Assembly: GCA_964035545.1 (NCBI GenBank)
Contig: OZ037765.1
Span: 5,962,698 to 6,026,697 of the forward strand
Length of the DNA stretch: 64,000 bases
From: Bugula neritina
Taxonomy: Eukaryota; Animalia; Bryozoa
Reading direction: 5' to 3'
Position numbers and translations under genes: made by a program. The stretch's first letter is position 1; every line of letters starts with the position of its first letter. The notes under the pieces are model-generated. The model did not search any database. It was not told the DNA's origin and saw only the letters and a program-made list of their open reading frames with translations. Of the stretch, positions 53,801 through 64,000 are shown in pieces.

Positions 53801-56800
53801 AATATTTAGCAACAAAAACATCATATATACAATGAAAAGGTGCTTGTTTATGATGTTAGATTCTAGTTGGTTGCGTACACTTACATTGACACACAACTTG
53901 TAGCACTTGTGAAAAGGGCAAAGCTCACTGCAGCAACAATGTTTGCGAGCACTGGTCGCCATGGGAACCGTACAGTGATTGTAACGTCAAATGTGGTGAA
54001 GGAATCAGAATATCTACCAGGGAGTGTCTCTATAACGACACAACCGACAACTATGAAGGCTGTCCTGGGCTCCGTGAAAGGGTTGAGGCTTGCAAATTGG
54101 ATCCGTGTGAAGGTAGCCTATACCACTATTCTGCATTCTGCACTTTCTTTATAATTGAGCTCTGTTGGTTGTGTTTGGATATTTTGTTATTTGCTATTTT
54201 GGACATTTATCCATGAACTAGTATAATATAATATTACAATAACAGTAGTGGTAAATTGTGGCCAATATTAAAAGCCCTCTACCACTTCTGACCTATTATA
54301 TTACTGAAGTCAAAATTTACTAAACACTAGAGCTACCAAGTTTAAAGATGCCTGTATTATAGAATTAACTTTGTATATAGGAAATTTCCCCAATTTAGAT
54401 TGCCACATATTGGCACATAAATATATATTTCTAAATTTCCAATGAAAGTTTCATCGTCACACAGGATAGAATGTATGTTTGCAGTGTTTGAGAAACCAAG
54501 TTGAAAAATATGAGTAATTTTCAATTTATTCCAGAAGTGTTAGGTGACCTCAAGAGAATATTTATCAGAGATATTATATGTCCACCATTTTATATATCAT
54601 TCAGTTGAATGTGAGTGGACTCCGTGGGGAGATTGGAGTGATTGTTCCAAAACATGTGGCACGGGAGAAAAAACTCAATCTCGTCAAACCGTTCCAGTTG
54701 TCGGTAGTGAAGAGTGCGATGGCGTTACTGAAAACTCGACTATGACATGCAACACTCAGCCTTGTCAAGAAGGTACATGAATATTTTGCTTCACCAAACT
54801 CTTCAAGTCACTGTAAAATCACATAATTTCCGCTATTCAAAAGCCTAAATCATGTATTATCTACAACCATCTCGTGTTACTTCTGTGGTGCCCATGATTT
54901 ATACCCACAATAAACTTGAATATTGCACCTAGTGGGAAACATGGCTTAAGTTGTATCTAAATATTCCTTCATTCCATCTTCTTGTTCGTTTACATGTTGA
55001 TCACAATGTTGTTTTCTTCTTGCAGTATGTGAAGACGGCAAAGTTGCAGATTCATGTGCGAATGAATGTAACACAACTTGTAAAGAGAGAAGTTTGGACT
55101 CTTGCCAATCCTCAGGACTGTGCGAAGCTGGCTGCAAGTGCAAAGAGGATGAGGTGAGTCATAGCTGGGCAAATAAATATATATTGTATAGTATAATGAG
55201 TTGAATTTTGATCTCAATGCATCTTAAAGGCTCAATAAGAAGGCAATTATTTATTTTTTTTTAAATTTTAAACTTGATTTTCAAACTTTTTTGCTGTTAT
55301 ATTACAGCTTACTCACCATTCATGATGCATTGTGTTGGTAAATGCTAGTCACCATGTTTATCCAGTAGCCTAGAGTGTTTAGTCGCAGTAATTTATGTTT
55401 CGAATGAGCTTAATCTATTATTCTAGAGAGTTGGTTTACTTTAGAACAATATTTCAAACTAAATTTTCATGTTCACTTATGTGTTGGTTAAACTTGCTGT
55501 CTTTAAAAATGTTGCTAAAGACTTTTCTGTAATAATTTACACTATTTAATAACCTTTAGTTCTGTCAAGCTAACCGTGTTATAGAGGCTATAGTTATTGT
55601 CTGTTATGTTTACTCTAGCTCCTTGAGGACGGGAAATGTGTTCCAATTTCTGAGTGCCACTGTTACTGGGATCCCAACCGCTTCATCGGAATTCCCCAAT
55701 TAACCGATGAGCAGGGAAATCTCAAAGAGAGGTTTGAAAATGGAGAAATCTTCCGACATGAGTGCAATGTATGGTGAGTAGATAAATACATATTGAATGC
55801 AGGTTCTTATTGTTGGAAGGGTTTAAAGCTGTTATCTTAGCCTAAAGAAAGAGTAAGTGTATAAAGTAAATTTAAATGCTCTTTACTTCATATAAAATGG
55901 TTTGTTTTGTTTGCAGTACTTGTGTGGAGGGGTTGTTTGAATGTACAGAAGAGGAGTGTGACAAGGACTGTGAAATCAGTGAATACATTCCTGGGAACTG
56001 CTCAGTGACCTGTGGCTTTGGAACTGTTATTGAGAAAGCGGAGATTAAAGTTCAACCGGAATACAATGGCCGACCATGCCCTCCTCTAGAGAGAGAGGGA
56101 GGGGAGTGCTATGCTGGAGATTGTGGTTAGTTGAAATGAAAAAATATGCAAAGTTTTTCTCTTTGATTTTTTGTAATTTGTGAAAGAACAGCTTGTTTCA
56201 GCATTATACAATTGTTTTTCAAAACAATTATTGTTAGTTTTTTAGTTTATATTTAATGAAGTTGAAGATGCACTAAAAATGTACATATGTGAATATTGTA
56301 GAATGTGGAGAGAATGAAGTATATACTAACACTACTGAGTGTGAGCATAGATGTGAGCATTTGAATGGTGAGCTGATAAAAACAGAGGCGTGCATTATGA
56401 AAACCAACGACTGCTATTGTAAGCCCAACACATACAGGAATGCATCTGGAATTTGCGTCTCTGCAGAAGAATGCGGTTGTGTCACTCTGGAAGGAATTAA
56501 AAAGGTGACATTCACTGATGTTATGTTGTATCATACTAGTTGCTGAATCTTTGACTAAAAGCTAACCAACACACAATAGTATGTCTTGTTGGAAGATTTT
56601 CTACATAGAATGGTGATTCTGTAACATTCGCAGTATGAATACTAAGATTGTACTTTATACAGTTCATAATTGATATTAAATTAAAATTTATGTAATGGAT
56701 TTAATTGTTTAACAGCATTTAACATTTGATTTTTGTTGTAAAATTTAAAGAAAAACTTAAAATGGTTTTAGCTGCTAGCAAGTTGGAAGTCAACATGAGA

Positions 56801-58102
56801 TTAGGTTTTATAGATTCGTGTATATGAATTATTGATATACACTACTTATAATTATGCAATGTTGTGCTTTTACTAGTTTATTGTAGGCTAAAATAATAAA
56901 CTGGGCATATTTGCTTTAGGTTGGGGAACAGTGGCCCTCCCTAACCAAGGAGTGTGAGACATGTGAGTGTAGACTGGGTGACAGTGAGCCATTCTGCTCG
57001 GCTGACTGCAAGGAGGTTCCTGAAGTTGACGAGATGCATACTTTGGAATATTTGCCTGGAGAATGCTGCCCTATTATTGTTCCACGCAATGGTTAGTGCT
57101 GACCTATAAACAGGCTGTAGATTAGCATACATTCTGCAGTTTGAAATATCTCATGATCTTATTAATGGTTGGTCTAAATTAGTTTGCTGAACAATTTCAT
57201 CGCCAGCTCATAAGAATTTTCAAAAAGTCATTTACTGAAGCTTAAAGTTGAAGGTGAATTGAAAAGTTTTCAAAGTTGATTTTAATCCGACTGTAAGAGT
57301 TTTTATAATTGTAAGAATGTTTATTTGCGCAATTGAAATCTATCTAAGCTTTTATGTAAAAATACTATTTGCATGTTAGAAGTAAAATATATAACTATGA
57401 ACATTTTTATTCTCAAAGGAAAACCTGCACTTTCAATTTGAATTAAACTCAAAGGAACTTTGCTCAACAAATTAAACTAATAAACAGGCAGCTGTTAAGT
57501 TGAAAGTGTTGTTTACTTTTATAATATGTTATACCAGAATCAACCTGTCAACTGAAAAGAAGAATGGAACTTCTCTCTGATGGTAAGGGGTGCGTGTCAC
57601 GAAGTGCTGTCGAGTTGACTTGGTGTGCCGGACATTGTGGTGAATCAAAGGATGTACCAGAGCTGGTTGCCTCTCAGGGAGAAGTCTATAGTACCAACAC
57701 TTGTAAATGCTGCACAGGAGAACCAGGTTAGCATTGATATTCAGCTGTGTCATCATCATGTGTTCATTCCTAACTTGTTACAACGTTAGCTGTAAATATA
57801 ATCTGCCATATCAAGTTATAAATGCAGACAAATAAGACTTGATCCTTTTTCAAAGACATGCTTTACTAACTAGCAACTTATGAGCAGATAGTATTGATTT
57901 GTCAAAACTGTTATACATTCCTGTAAAGCTAATTAAAAAAATGCATGTGTTTTAATATTCATGTCAACTACTTTTCAGAGATAAATAAAGTTTGAAATAT
58001 ATGATTGTAGAGACTAAAAAGGTGGTAGCTGACTGCGGAGATACCAGCAGAACCATGTATTACTCCCAGTTCAAGAGCTGTATTTGTAATACATGTGCAT
58101 AG
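8894..58102 (+). CDS. SSPO: Giant SCO-spondin-like (VWF/mucin/hemolectin superfamily) secreted glycoprotein, about 69 exons, about 8,500 aa
   Basis: Exon 1 (8894-8964) encodes a signal peptide, [20 protein letters not shown]. Then: EMI-like region ending CCPGY (9251-9619), EGF (9729-9833), three VWD-C8-TIL assemblies (TFDG and GxCG motifs; [15 protein letters not shown]...WRHQELCP), six LDLa, the central repeat array, about 11 TSP1 with TIL/VWC modules, and a cystine knot ending at TAG 58100-58102. The domain order matches SCO-spondin. The symbol denotes family-level similarity; orthology was not tested. Confidence 0.88.
12757..12868. repeat. Intronic 10-11 bp tandem repeat (cctgccaacac / cctgccaatat)
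   Basis: About 10 degenerate copies, ending about 20 bp before the acceptor at 12888. Confidence 0.85.
14515..14654. repeat. 70-bp tandem duplication (two ~35-bp subunits) spanning a 5' splice site
   Basis: tagagcagGTAACTCCT..aaaaattcatatacc.agagtggGTAACTCCTattagagtgt occurs twice. The real donor follows 14530. Confidence 0.9.
17980..18062. repeat. Tandem duplication of an exon end plus donor site
   Basis: gttacctgtacaaagGTGAG occurs three times (donors after 17996, 18034 and 18058), plus one partial copy. Confidence 0.9.
19757..19845. repeat. Degenerate CA/CACGA-rich microsatellite, intronic
   Basis: acacacacaaaacacacatgacacacacacgacacgcacgac... Confidence 0.8.
21026..21677. repeat. Intronic 18-bp minisatellite (ctgactccacctgtcacc), about 36 copies
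   Basis: Visible directly. It lies in the intron between exons 20592-20685 and 21803-21963 and produces the stop-free HPDSTC / VRVTGG ORFs on both strands. Confidence 0.95.
21803..24158 (+). other. Six LDL-receptor class A repeats, one per exon
   Basis: Exons 21803-21963, 22156-22272, 22616-22738, 23372-23500, 23749-23865 and 24042-24158. Each has a C..C..CI(L)....CD(N)...DC...DE..C pattern, e.g. [23 protein letters not shown] and [23 protein letters not shown]. Confidence 0.93.
23282..23351. repeat. 13-bp tandem repeat (tatagtttgtatg), about 5 copies
   Basis: Visible directly; ends 20 bp before the acceptor at 23371. Confidence 0.92.
24456..27698 (+). other. Thr-rich mucin-like segment followed by three divergent, intron-split discoidin-like modules
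   Basis: Exons 24456-24691, 24825-25052, 25448-25954, 26122-26236, 26512-26639 and 27471-27698. Modules begin CDPVNGM, CVMVDGM and CEPVAGM, share VSSG..E.LRP...W, and end IEAC, VTGC and (in the next exon) CFAC. Confidence 0.8.
27866..42386 (+). CDS. Single 14,521-bp coding exon of the SCO-spondin-like gene
   Basis: Acceptor ttgcag|GCT at 27865/27866 (phase 0, matching the donor after 27698). Donor AATG|gtttg at 42386 (phase 1, matching acceptor cag|TA at 42734). The frame is uninterrupted (ORF 27857..42424). Confidence 0.9.
28070..42289 (+). repeat. Coding tandem array: 26 x 549 bp (183 aa) near-identical units
   Basis: The TGT of CEIVD recurs at 28070, 28619 ... 41795, exactly 25 x 549 apart, so there are no net indels. 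Each unit is a 141-aa Cys-to-Cys domain plus a 42-aa linker in which 22 of 42 residues are Ser/Thr. Confidence 0.97.
42734..43235 (+). other. Final divergent discoidin-like module (exons 42734-42957 and 43064-43235)
   Basis: Spliced translation [21 protein letters not shown]...DWVS...PTIDIHF...NVDHLQL...VFGNRNG...VYP...[10 protein letters not shown]. It parallels the array unit and the F5/8C consensus. Confidence 0.75.
46860..46881. repeat. Poly-C homopolymer (about 21 nt), intronic
   Basis: Visible directly. Confidence 0.9.
51558..51626. repeat. 33-bp perfect tandem duplication spanning a 3' splice site
   Basis: atcactagtatataattctgtacAGatgttggt occurs twice; the acceptor AGs end at 51585 and 51618. 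Confidence 0.93.
57538..58102 (+). other. C-terminal cystine knot (CTCK), exons 57538-57726 and 58011-58102
   Basis: ESTCQL...GCVS...WCAGHC...TCKCCTGEP|ETKKVVADC...KSCICNTCA*. It contains the CxGxC, CxCC and CxC patterns of VWF/mucin/SSPO cystine knots. Confidence 0.9.
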
Positions 58103-60903
58103 AGATTAGGCTGATGGCGTAACTGATCTATGAAAAGTTTTATTTTCTCATTATTATTTATATTTTCTTTATTTAGCTGAGAGCTATTTTTGTTGGGAAT
58201 GTCATGTATTATTAGACAGCTAGTAATTATATCAAAGACTCTTCTAAAATGGTGAAATATTGAAGTGAATAATGTTGCTATACTGATGCTGGGAGCAAAA
58301 GATGTTAGCAACGATGGAAGATATATTTTATTCTAATAATATTTATAGGATTATATGCTAACTATATTTTATGCAGTAGGACAGAGTATATTATGATACT
58401 AAAATTAGCTTTTGTATGGTTGGAATAAGAATGGAAGCTAGAAACATTTTATGCTAACTGTTTGAGCTTACAACAGTACGGAGAATGAGATGGGAAAGCT
58501 AGTTTTTGTGGATGTAGTCTATGCATCTGTCATTATTTAGTTCAAATACAATGTTATTGAAATGCATCACAATATTATATATATATAAACTTATATTATA
58601 CTGCACAGTATGATAATAGTTTCGACATACATAAATATACCACAAAAAATAATGCTTGTAAAATGAAAAGTATAAAATACTATAACAAAGTGACAGAGAG
58701 ATATTTGAGCCAATCTAATTGTTTAAGCATAAACGTCTTTTATTTCATAACATTCGGAGTTCAATCTGATTCAACAAATAAACCAAATAATTTTTAATTA
58801 GATCGAAACCATGTTTTTTATCACAGTAATTCTCTAATCCTCAAGCAATATAAAATGTAATTCATGTGATTTCATTTAGACTACATATACTTGTTATGCA
58901 GCTCCTTTCAGAGTTATCATATTAACCTGTATTTACTTGTATCCTACTCTTCTTGACTTGAAAGAGTGAGCTAAGGGGAGAAAGCCACTGTCTTATGTAA
59001 TGTAGCATGCATTATTATTGTTGTTGACTGCTTTATGTTTATTATGCAAACCACAATATTGTTTTCTGAACATTCATGACTTGCTATGTCAAATGAGGAA
59101 GCAAATAATATGTACACCTTTGCTTCATGATGCATGCCAATGGTGTAGCTAATAACATAATTTCAAATTTTATGTTAAATGTAAAGTTCCGAAAATGGAA
59201 GAGAGTTGCTTCCATATTGTACTGGGGTATTTCTAAAAGAAAACTTAAAAATTAACAGTCATGCAAAACCATCTGAAGTATATCAATGGCTGTCTATTTG
59301 AAACAGTACTATATAGTCTAATATATTTGTTGCTGTTTTTATAGCCTTGCATAAATTTGTTACCATTAATTATTTTGATGGATGGCAAAATAGGATACAG
59401 GCAATTATAATATGGGTCTCCAAGTTACAATCAGTAAGTGGAACTGATGCCATGCAATGCTCTTTATTTTTTCAAATTTTGTTTTGAATAAAGCGATGTA
59501 TTTCTGCCCAAATATTTTTATTTATAGTTCTACAAGCATATTGAACACTGTCAGCTAAATTAAATTTAGTGGTTTGTTGCTTTTTCACAAAATTAGGATT
59601 TATAACCCATTTTCTAAAGAGGGCATACTTCTTGCTGAGATTTTTCACCAGTACTTGGCTCTTTTCTCCATTTTTTTCCCTCTTTTTTTGTATTGGCTTT
59701 AATTGTGGCAGGTTTTAATTCAGTATAAATTATACTGTATATACTGCATTGAAACTAGTGGACAAAAAGTGATTTTAGATTTACATTATTATTATTGTGT
59801 TGAAAAAAAACCAGCATGAAGCAAAAATGTTGAAGTTGTCATCTCAAAATTAGTTTTGTTAGAGAGAAGATAACTTTTAGTATAAAATAAAAGCTTTCGC
59901 AGATGAGATGTGTTTTTCGTTGGTTTGATGGTTTAACAAGTAGTAGTAACGATGCTCAGATGGCCTACTTCTTCTGCATAGTACACTACAATTACAATAA
60001 CGGTGATAGCAAATCCTCACTTTTATTACTACTAGTACCATCAGCATCGTTGTGATGATACAAACTTATGATAATATTTATTAGTTTCTACGTCTAATGG
60101 TTGCCTCTTGCAAAGTCTGTGTAGGTATTAATAAATATTCCTAATAATTAAAACTTATGGCTAATAATTATTATTGATATTATAATTATTTAATTTTATA
60201 AAATTACTAAATAATATTTTAATTTATATTGGTATTATTAAATAATCTTAGTCTTACTATAAGTATAAATATAACAATACTCTATCTATTGCATTAAATT
60301 TGGTTTTACAACTTACAGTTGTCATACTAACCCACACAGTTATTCATATTCATATTGAGTTGCAGTTTGAGTTACACCTACAGTTACACTTACTGTTACT
60401 GTTAGTGCTAGGCCTAGTGTTAGTAAGTTAGTTTTACTGACTACAAATTTACTCTCATGTCTCACAGCTAATCTCAGACTGGTGTAACACTAACAGTACA
60501 GTAATGACTAATGACGATGAATAATGACTAATGTAAATGTAAAATTAAATTTGTAATATCAAGTCTAATAACTATGTATGCTATCAGTATCTATAGTGAT
60601 ACTCACTATGATTATGATACTGATGGTATATAAGTAAAACTGCAACATTAAGTTAATAAGTATAAGTAATTAAATAAGTTACTAAGAGTAATACTAAGAG
60701 TTAAAGTAAGCCCTAACTCTGAGAGTAACTGTAACTCAAACTGAAACTCAAACTGCAAATCAAAGTGTAAATAACATCTAAATAATACTAAATATAGTAA
60801 TATAAATATGCCAAGTTATAAATAATAATTATAGTAGTAATTGACTAGTAGTTAATTTAATGCTATTATTATTAAATTTAGCTATTACTATTATTGTTAT
60901 CTA

Positions 60904-60915
60904 GGTCACATGACC
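60904..60915. promoter_or_regulatory. Near-palindromic extended E-box (GGTCACATGACC; USF/MiT-TFE type) upstream of RSU1
   Basis: Located about 180 bp 5' of the RSU1 ATG and reads GTCATGTGAC on the minus strand. The 10-mer core also occurs in an intron near 23879, so a chance match is possible. Confidence 0.4.
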
Positions 60916-61094
60916 ACACTCAATTATGTTATTTTTAATTGCGAAAATATAGATATATAATATTGTGAATCGTTCAATCACTTTTTAATTTTTGAGAACA
61001 AGTGCAACACAATAATATATATACTATGAAATTAATTTACTACATAATTAATGTTGACATGTTTTTTATCTTCAGGTAGAAAAATAAAACTAGT

Positions 61095-63505
61095 ATGTCA
61101 GCCAAAGCTAAAAAGTTAGTGGAGGAATGTGCGGCAGAAAAGCACAAAACGTTAGATTTGGTTGATAGGAGCATATCTAACATTATTGACCTACCTGGTT
61201 TCCGTAAGTGAGAAATACTCTCATCAAATAAAATCTTGAAAATTATTATGTTATCTTAAATAAATTTTTTTTTCTCACTTATAAAATTTTTTGGTGTTGA
61301 AAATAAGCTTAGTAAATAGAGTCTTCGATGGAGAAATACGTTTTTAGTTCATCAGAAAGTCAAATCTAAGTTTTTCCTCTTATAGTAGGTGTGAAGTGTT
61401 ATCCGCATAAAGTTATGTCCTACTGTCTGTCTGTCTTTTTAGTAAACCTTCAACATGTTACATCCATCACGTTGGCTCACAACAAGCTCTCCTGTGAGTA
61501 TATTCAATCACTAAAGTACATTTGATTACATCTAAAAGAGGTTATGACTTTAAATGAAATAGATAGTCCCAATGATGGTCTCCGTTTGAATGTCAGGGTT
61601 AACTAATTAGCTGGTGAATCTATGCAATCACAGTTTAATATTTCGTATGAAATAAAATTTACTGTAGAAAGTATTTTTCATATGAATTTTAAAGGAATTT
61701 TATCACAATCACATTAAATGTTCAATAAATAACTCTTCCTAATATATATAACTTTTTGTGTTTCATATTCGAATCAGACACCATTTGCGTAAACAATTCT
61801 ATTCCATGGAAAGGTTGGGGTGCGAATAAACTCTATATTTCAATTAAAGGTCTCATGCAAGACACGTTACAGCAGGTGCCTGGTACTTGCTAAGCGCATG
61901 TTTACCAGGGTACAAGGCTGTCATATGATTTGTATTAGTCTCACTACTCTGTACTATGTAGACTTACTCCAGTGGTGTTATGTCATGCCTTGTCTGGTAA
62001 ATTGTGTTTTAGCTCTGCCAGCGAGTATTGCTAATTTGGTCAACTTAGAAGTATTGAATCTCTTCAATAACCAGTTAGAGGTATGTGAAACAGTAGCTAA
62101 ATACTCTTTACCTGAACAGCATGAATATGCTGATGTTGAATCTACTTTAATATAGCAAATATTTAATTACTATTTTACCTGTAAAAATATACATTAAAGG
62201 TTACATCACTTTGCCTCAGCCTGTTGATTTTTGACTATTGAAAGCAAGACTTTCATCTATTGGTAAAATTTAAATATTGTTGTTGATTCTTTTCTGTCTA
62301 CTTAATAGTAGCTTTCAAACCAAAGCGCTAGCAAAATATATTACATTTTAGTTTCTTGTTATTTCTAAAAATATGCACAAAACATTAGATTTATATTGAT
62401 TAACTTTTGTTGTTATAGGAATTGCCCACATCCCTGAGTTCTATGCCGTGCTTAAAACGTTTGAATGTTGGGTAAGATGCAGATATATTGTCTTTAAAGC
62501 AGCTAATGAATAGTTTACTGCTATTACTTGCCGTGGATTGCAACTACTAATATTTGTACCGCCATGTTCTATTCCAGCATGAATCGGTTAAACTCGCTAC
62601 CCCGAGGTTTTGGTGGTTTTCTGGCTTTAGAAGTTCTTGATCTGACTTACAATAATCTCAATGAAAAGTCTCTTCCTGGTAACTTCTGCCAACTGGGTAA
62701 GCTACAAGTGGTGTACATACTGTTTAGGTTGTCTCTGAAATCATATCCGGGTGTCTGGTTTTTACTGTAAGCTAATTTTATTCTGTCTACCTTGTAGAAA
62801 CATTGAGAGCCTTGTATATGGCAGATAATGACTTTGAATATTTACCTACAGAAATTGGACAACTCCAAAATCTACAAATAGTGAGTTTATCTATATTTGT
62901 ATTCCATTAGTAGGATATCGAGTTTTAATCTACGAATATCTTATAGATTCCTGATATAGCTGGCAGCAACAATGCCTAACTAAACATTAAAGTCACCATG
63001 CTAGCTTTTAGTTATTCGCATAGAATAAGAGTATTTGTTACAAGGTTGCGTTTGTACTCGAGTGGTATCAGATATTTGCATGCGGTGTGTTCAATAATAT
63101 CACAGATCTTTGTATTTACTCATGCAGCTGGTACTAAGGGACAACGAGCTTGTAGCACTGCCCAAAGAGATTGGGGACTTGATTCGTCTCAGAGAACTGC
63201 ACATTCAAGGCAACCGTCTCACTGTTCTTCCACCAGAGTTCGGTGGGTCACATCATCATGAGTGTAGACAGTCTCTCTTATCAATTCTGTTTACTTATTC
63301 TTGGTATCAGTAGTATCAGTAGTGTTTACTGTCTCTGCCATGTTGAAGCATTCTATTTGCTCTCTTTCACAGCCAATCTGGATCTGATGGGAACTAAAAA
63401 TGTATTCAAGTACGAGGGGAATCCTTGGGCTCCCCCAATAATGGAGCAGCTGAAAAAGGGACTCGCCAACATGTTTGATTATATAAAGTCTGACACTTAT
63501 AAATA
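61095..63505 (+). CDS. RSU1: Ras suppressor protein 1 (LRR protein), 8 exons; 3'-partial, with the last exon beyond the window
   Basis: Exons 61095-61203, 61443-61493, 62013-62080, 62419-62471, 62578-62696, 62798-62880, 63128-63242 and 63373-63505. Translation MSAKAKKLVEEC...HNKLS...LEVLNLFNNQLEELP...MNRLNSLPRGFG...LEVLDLTYNNLNEKSLPGNF...LRALYMADNDFE...LPKEIG...LHIQGNRLTVLPPE...NPW...YIKSDTYK closely matches RSU1 as I recall it. Confidence 0.96.
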
Positions 63506-64000
63506 GTGAGTTGATTAAACATTATATTTGGAGTGGCAATGTATGCTAGGTCAATCTAAGTCTGTCAATGTAGCACCTGAGCTCAGTGTAGACATGATGT
63601 TTAGCATTCGTATTCCGCTTTTGCAAAATCTAAGCCGAGATAACAAGTTTATCTGCATAGGTTTTATCACTGGCTCAATTGGCCATATGTAAGAAATATA
63701 ATTGACGGTGTCTAACTTCTAGAGCACTTGAATCAAATCCTTTAAATAATTTAGATTTTTATGGTTTTCAGGAGCTCAGGCTTGGCTCCAAGCTATTATT
63801 AGTATGAGCAGACAGTTCCTACCTAATAAAAATGTTAATGAAAAATCCCACAAGACCTGGTGATCAAAAGTCCAAGTTTATGTCTTGAATATTTTTTCAA
63901 ATATAGTATGTTGACAGGTTTATTTTTTTTAATTTTTCAAGTATGTTTATTGAGCAAATCATATTATTGTGATAAGGAGATTATAGATCTAGGCTATGTT

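Larger units (their letters stand above)
44074..57091 (+). other. Exons encoding about 11 TSP1 repeats interspersed with 5 TIL and several VWC-like modules
   Basis: WxxWxxCSxxCGxG-type motifs in exons starting near 44717, 45043, 47071, 49012, 49509, 49800, 51619, 52399, 53904, 54605 and 55917. TIL exons start near 45424, 50070, 52985, 55026 and 56302. A small exon at 48312-48361 ([10 protein letters not shown]) restores phase. Confidence 0.9.

Noticed and set aside
58103-60100. Hidden gene or ncRNA between the SSPO-like gene and RSU1
   Set aside because: The region is AT-rich with no coherent exons or recognisable RNA motifs. AATAAA at 58777 and 59487 fit a 3' UTR.
63504-63506. Apparent RSU1 stop codon (TAG) after ...SDTYK
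   Set aside because: TA|gtgag is a phase-2 donor. RSU1 continues with Tyr (TYKYLYGRH-like), so the last exon lies beyond the window. The TAG would act only on intron retention.

Overview
AT-rich, intron-containing animal DNA. The gene content points to an invertebrate, possibly a lophotrochozoan (inference; the species cannot be determined here). Three multi-exon genes lie on the + strand. (1) An intact mitochondrial L-threonine 3-dehydrogenase (TDH, 9 coding exons, 2032-7774). (2) A giant SCO-spondin/hemolectin-family secreted glycoprotein gene (8894-58102; about 69 exons and about 8,500 aa by hand count). Its order is signal peptide, EMI-like, EGF, TB-like, 3x VWD-C8-TIL, 6 LDLa, a central array, about 11 TSP1 with TIL/VWC, and a C-terminal cystine knot. 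(3) RSU1 (61095 onward; last exon outside the window). The outstanding feature is the centre of gene 2. Where SCO-spondin has one F5/8C (discoidin) domain, this gene has about 30 Cys-bracketed discoidin-like modules, each followed by a Ser/Thr-rich linker. Twenty-six of them are near-identical 549-bp units inside one 14.5-kb exon, with higher-order dimer and trimer duplications and a three-state variable motif. Secondary observations include tandem duplications on splice junctions, exons starting with AG|GTAAG, a GDPH motif and nested inverted repeats upstream of RSU1. All gene models were built by eye from GT-AG sites and reading frames; no database searches were run.
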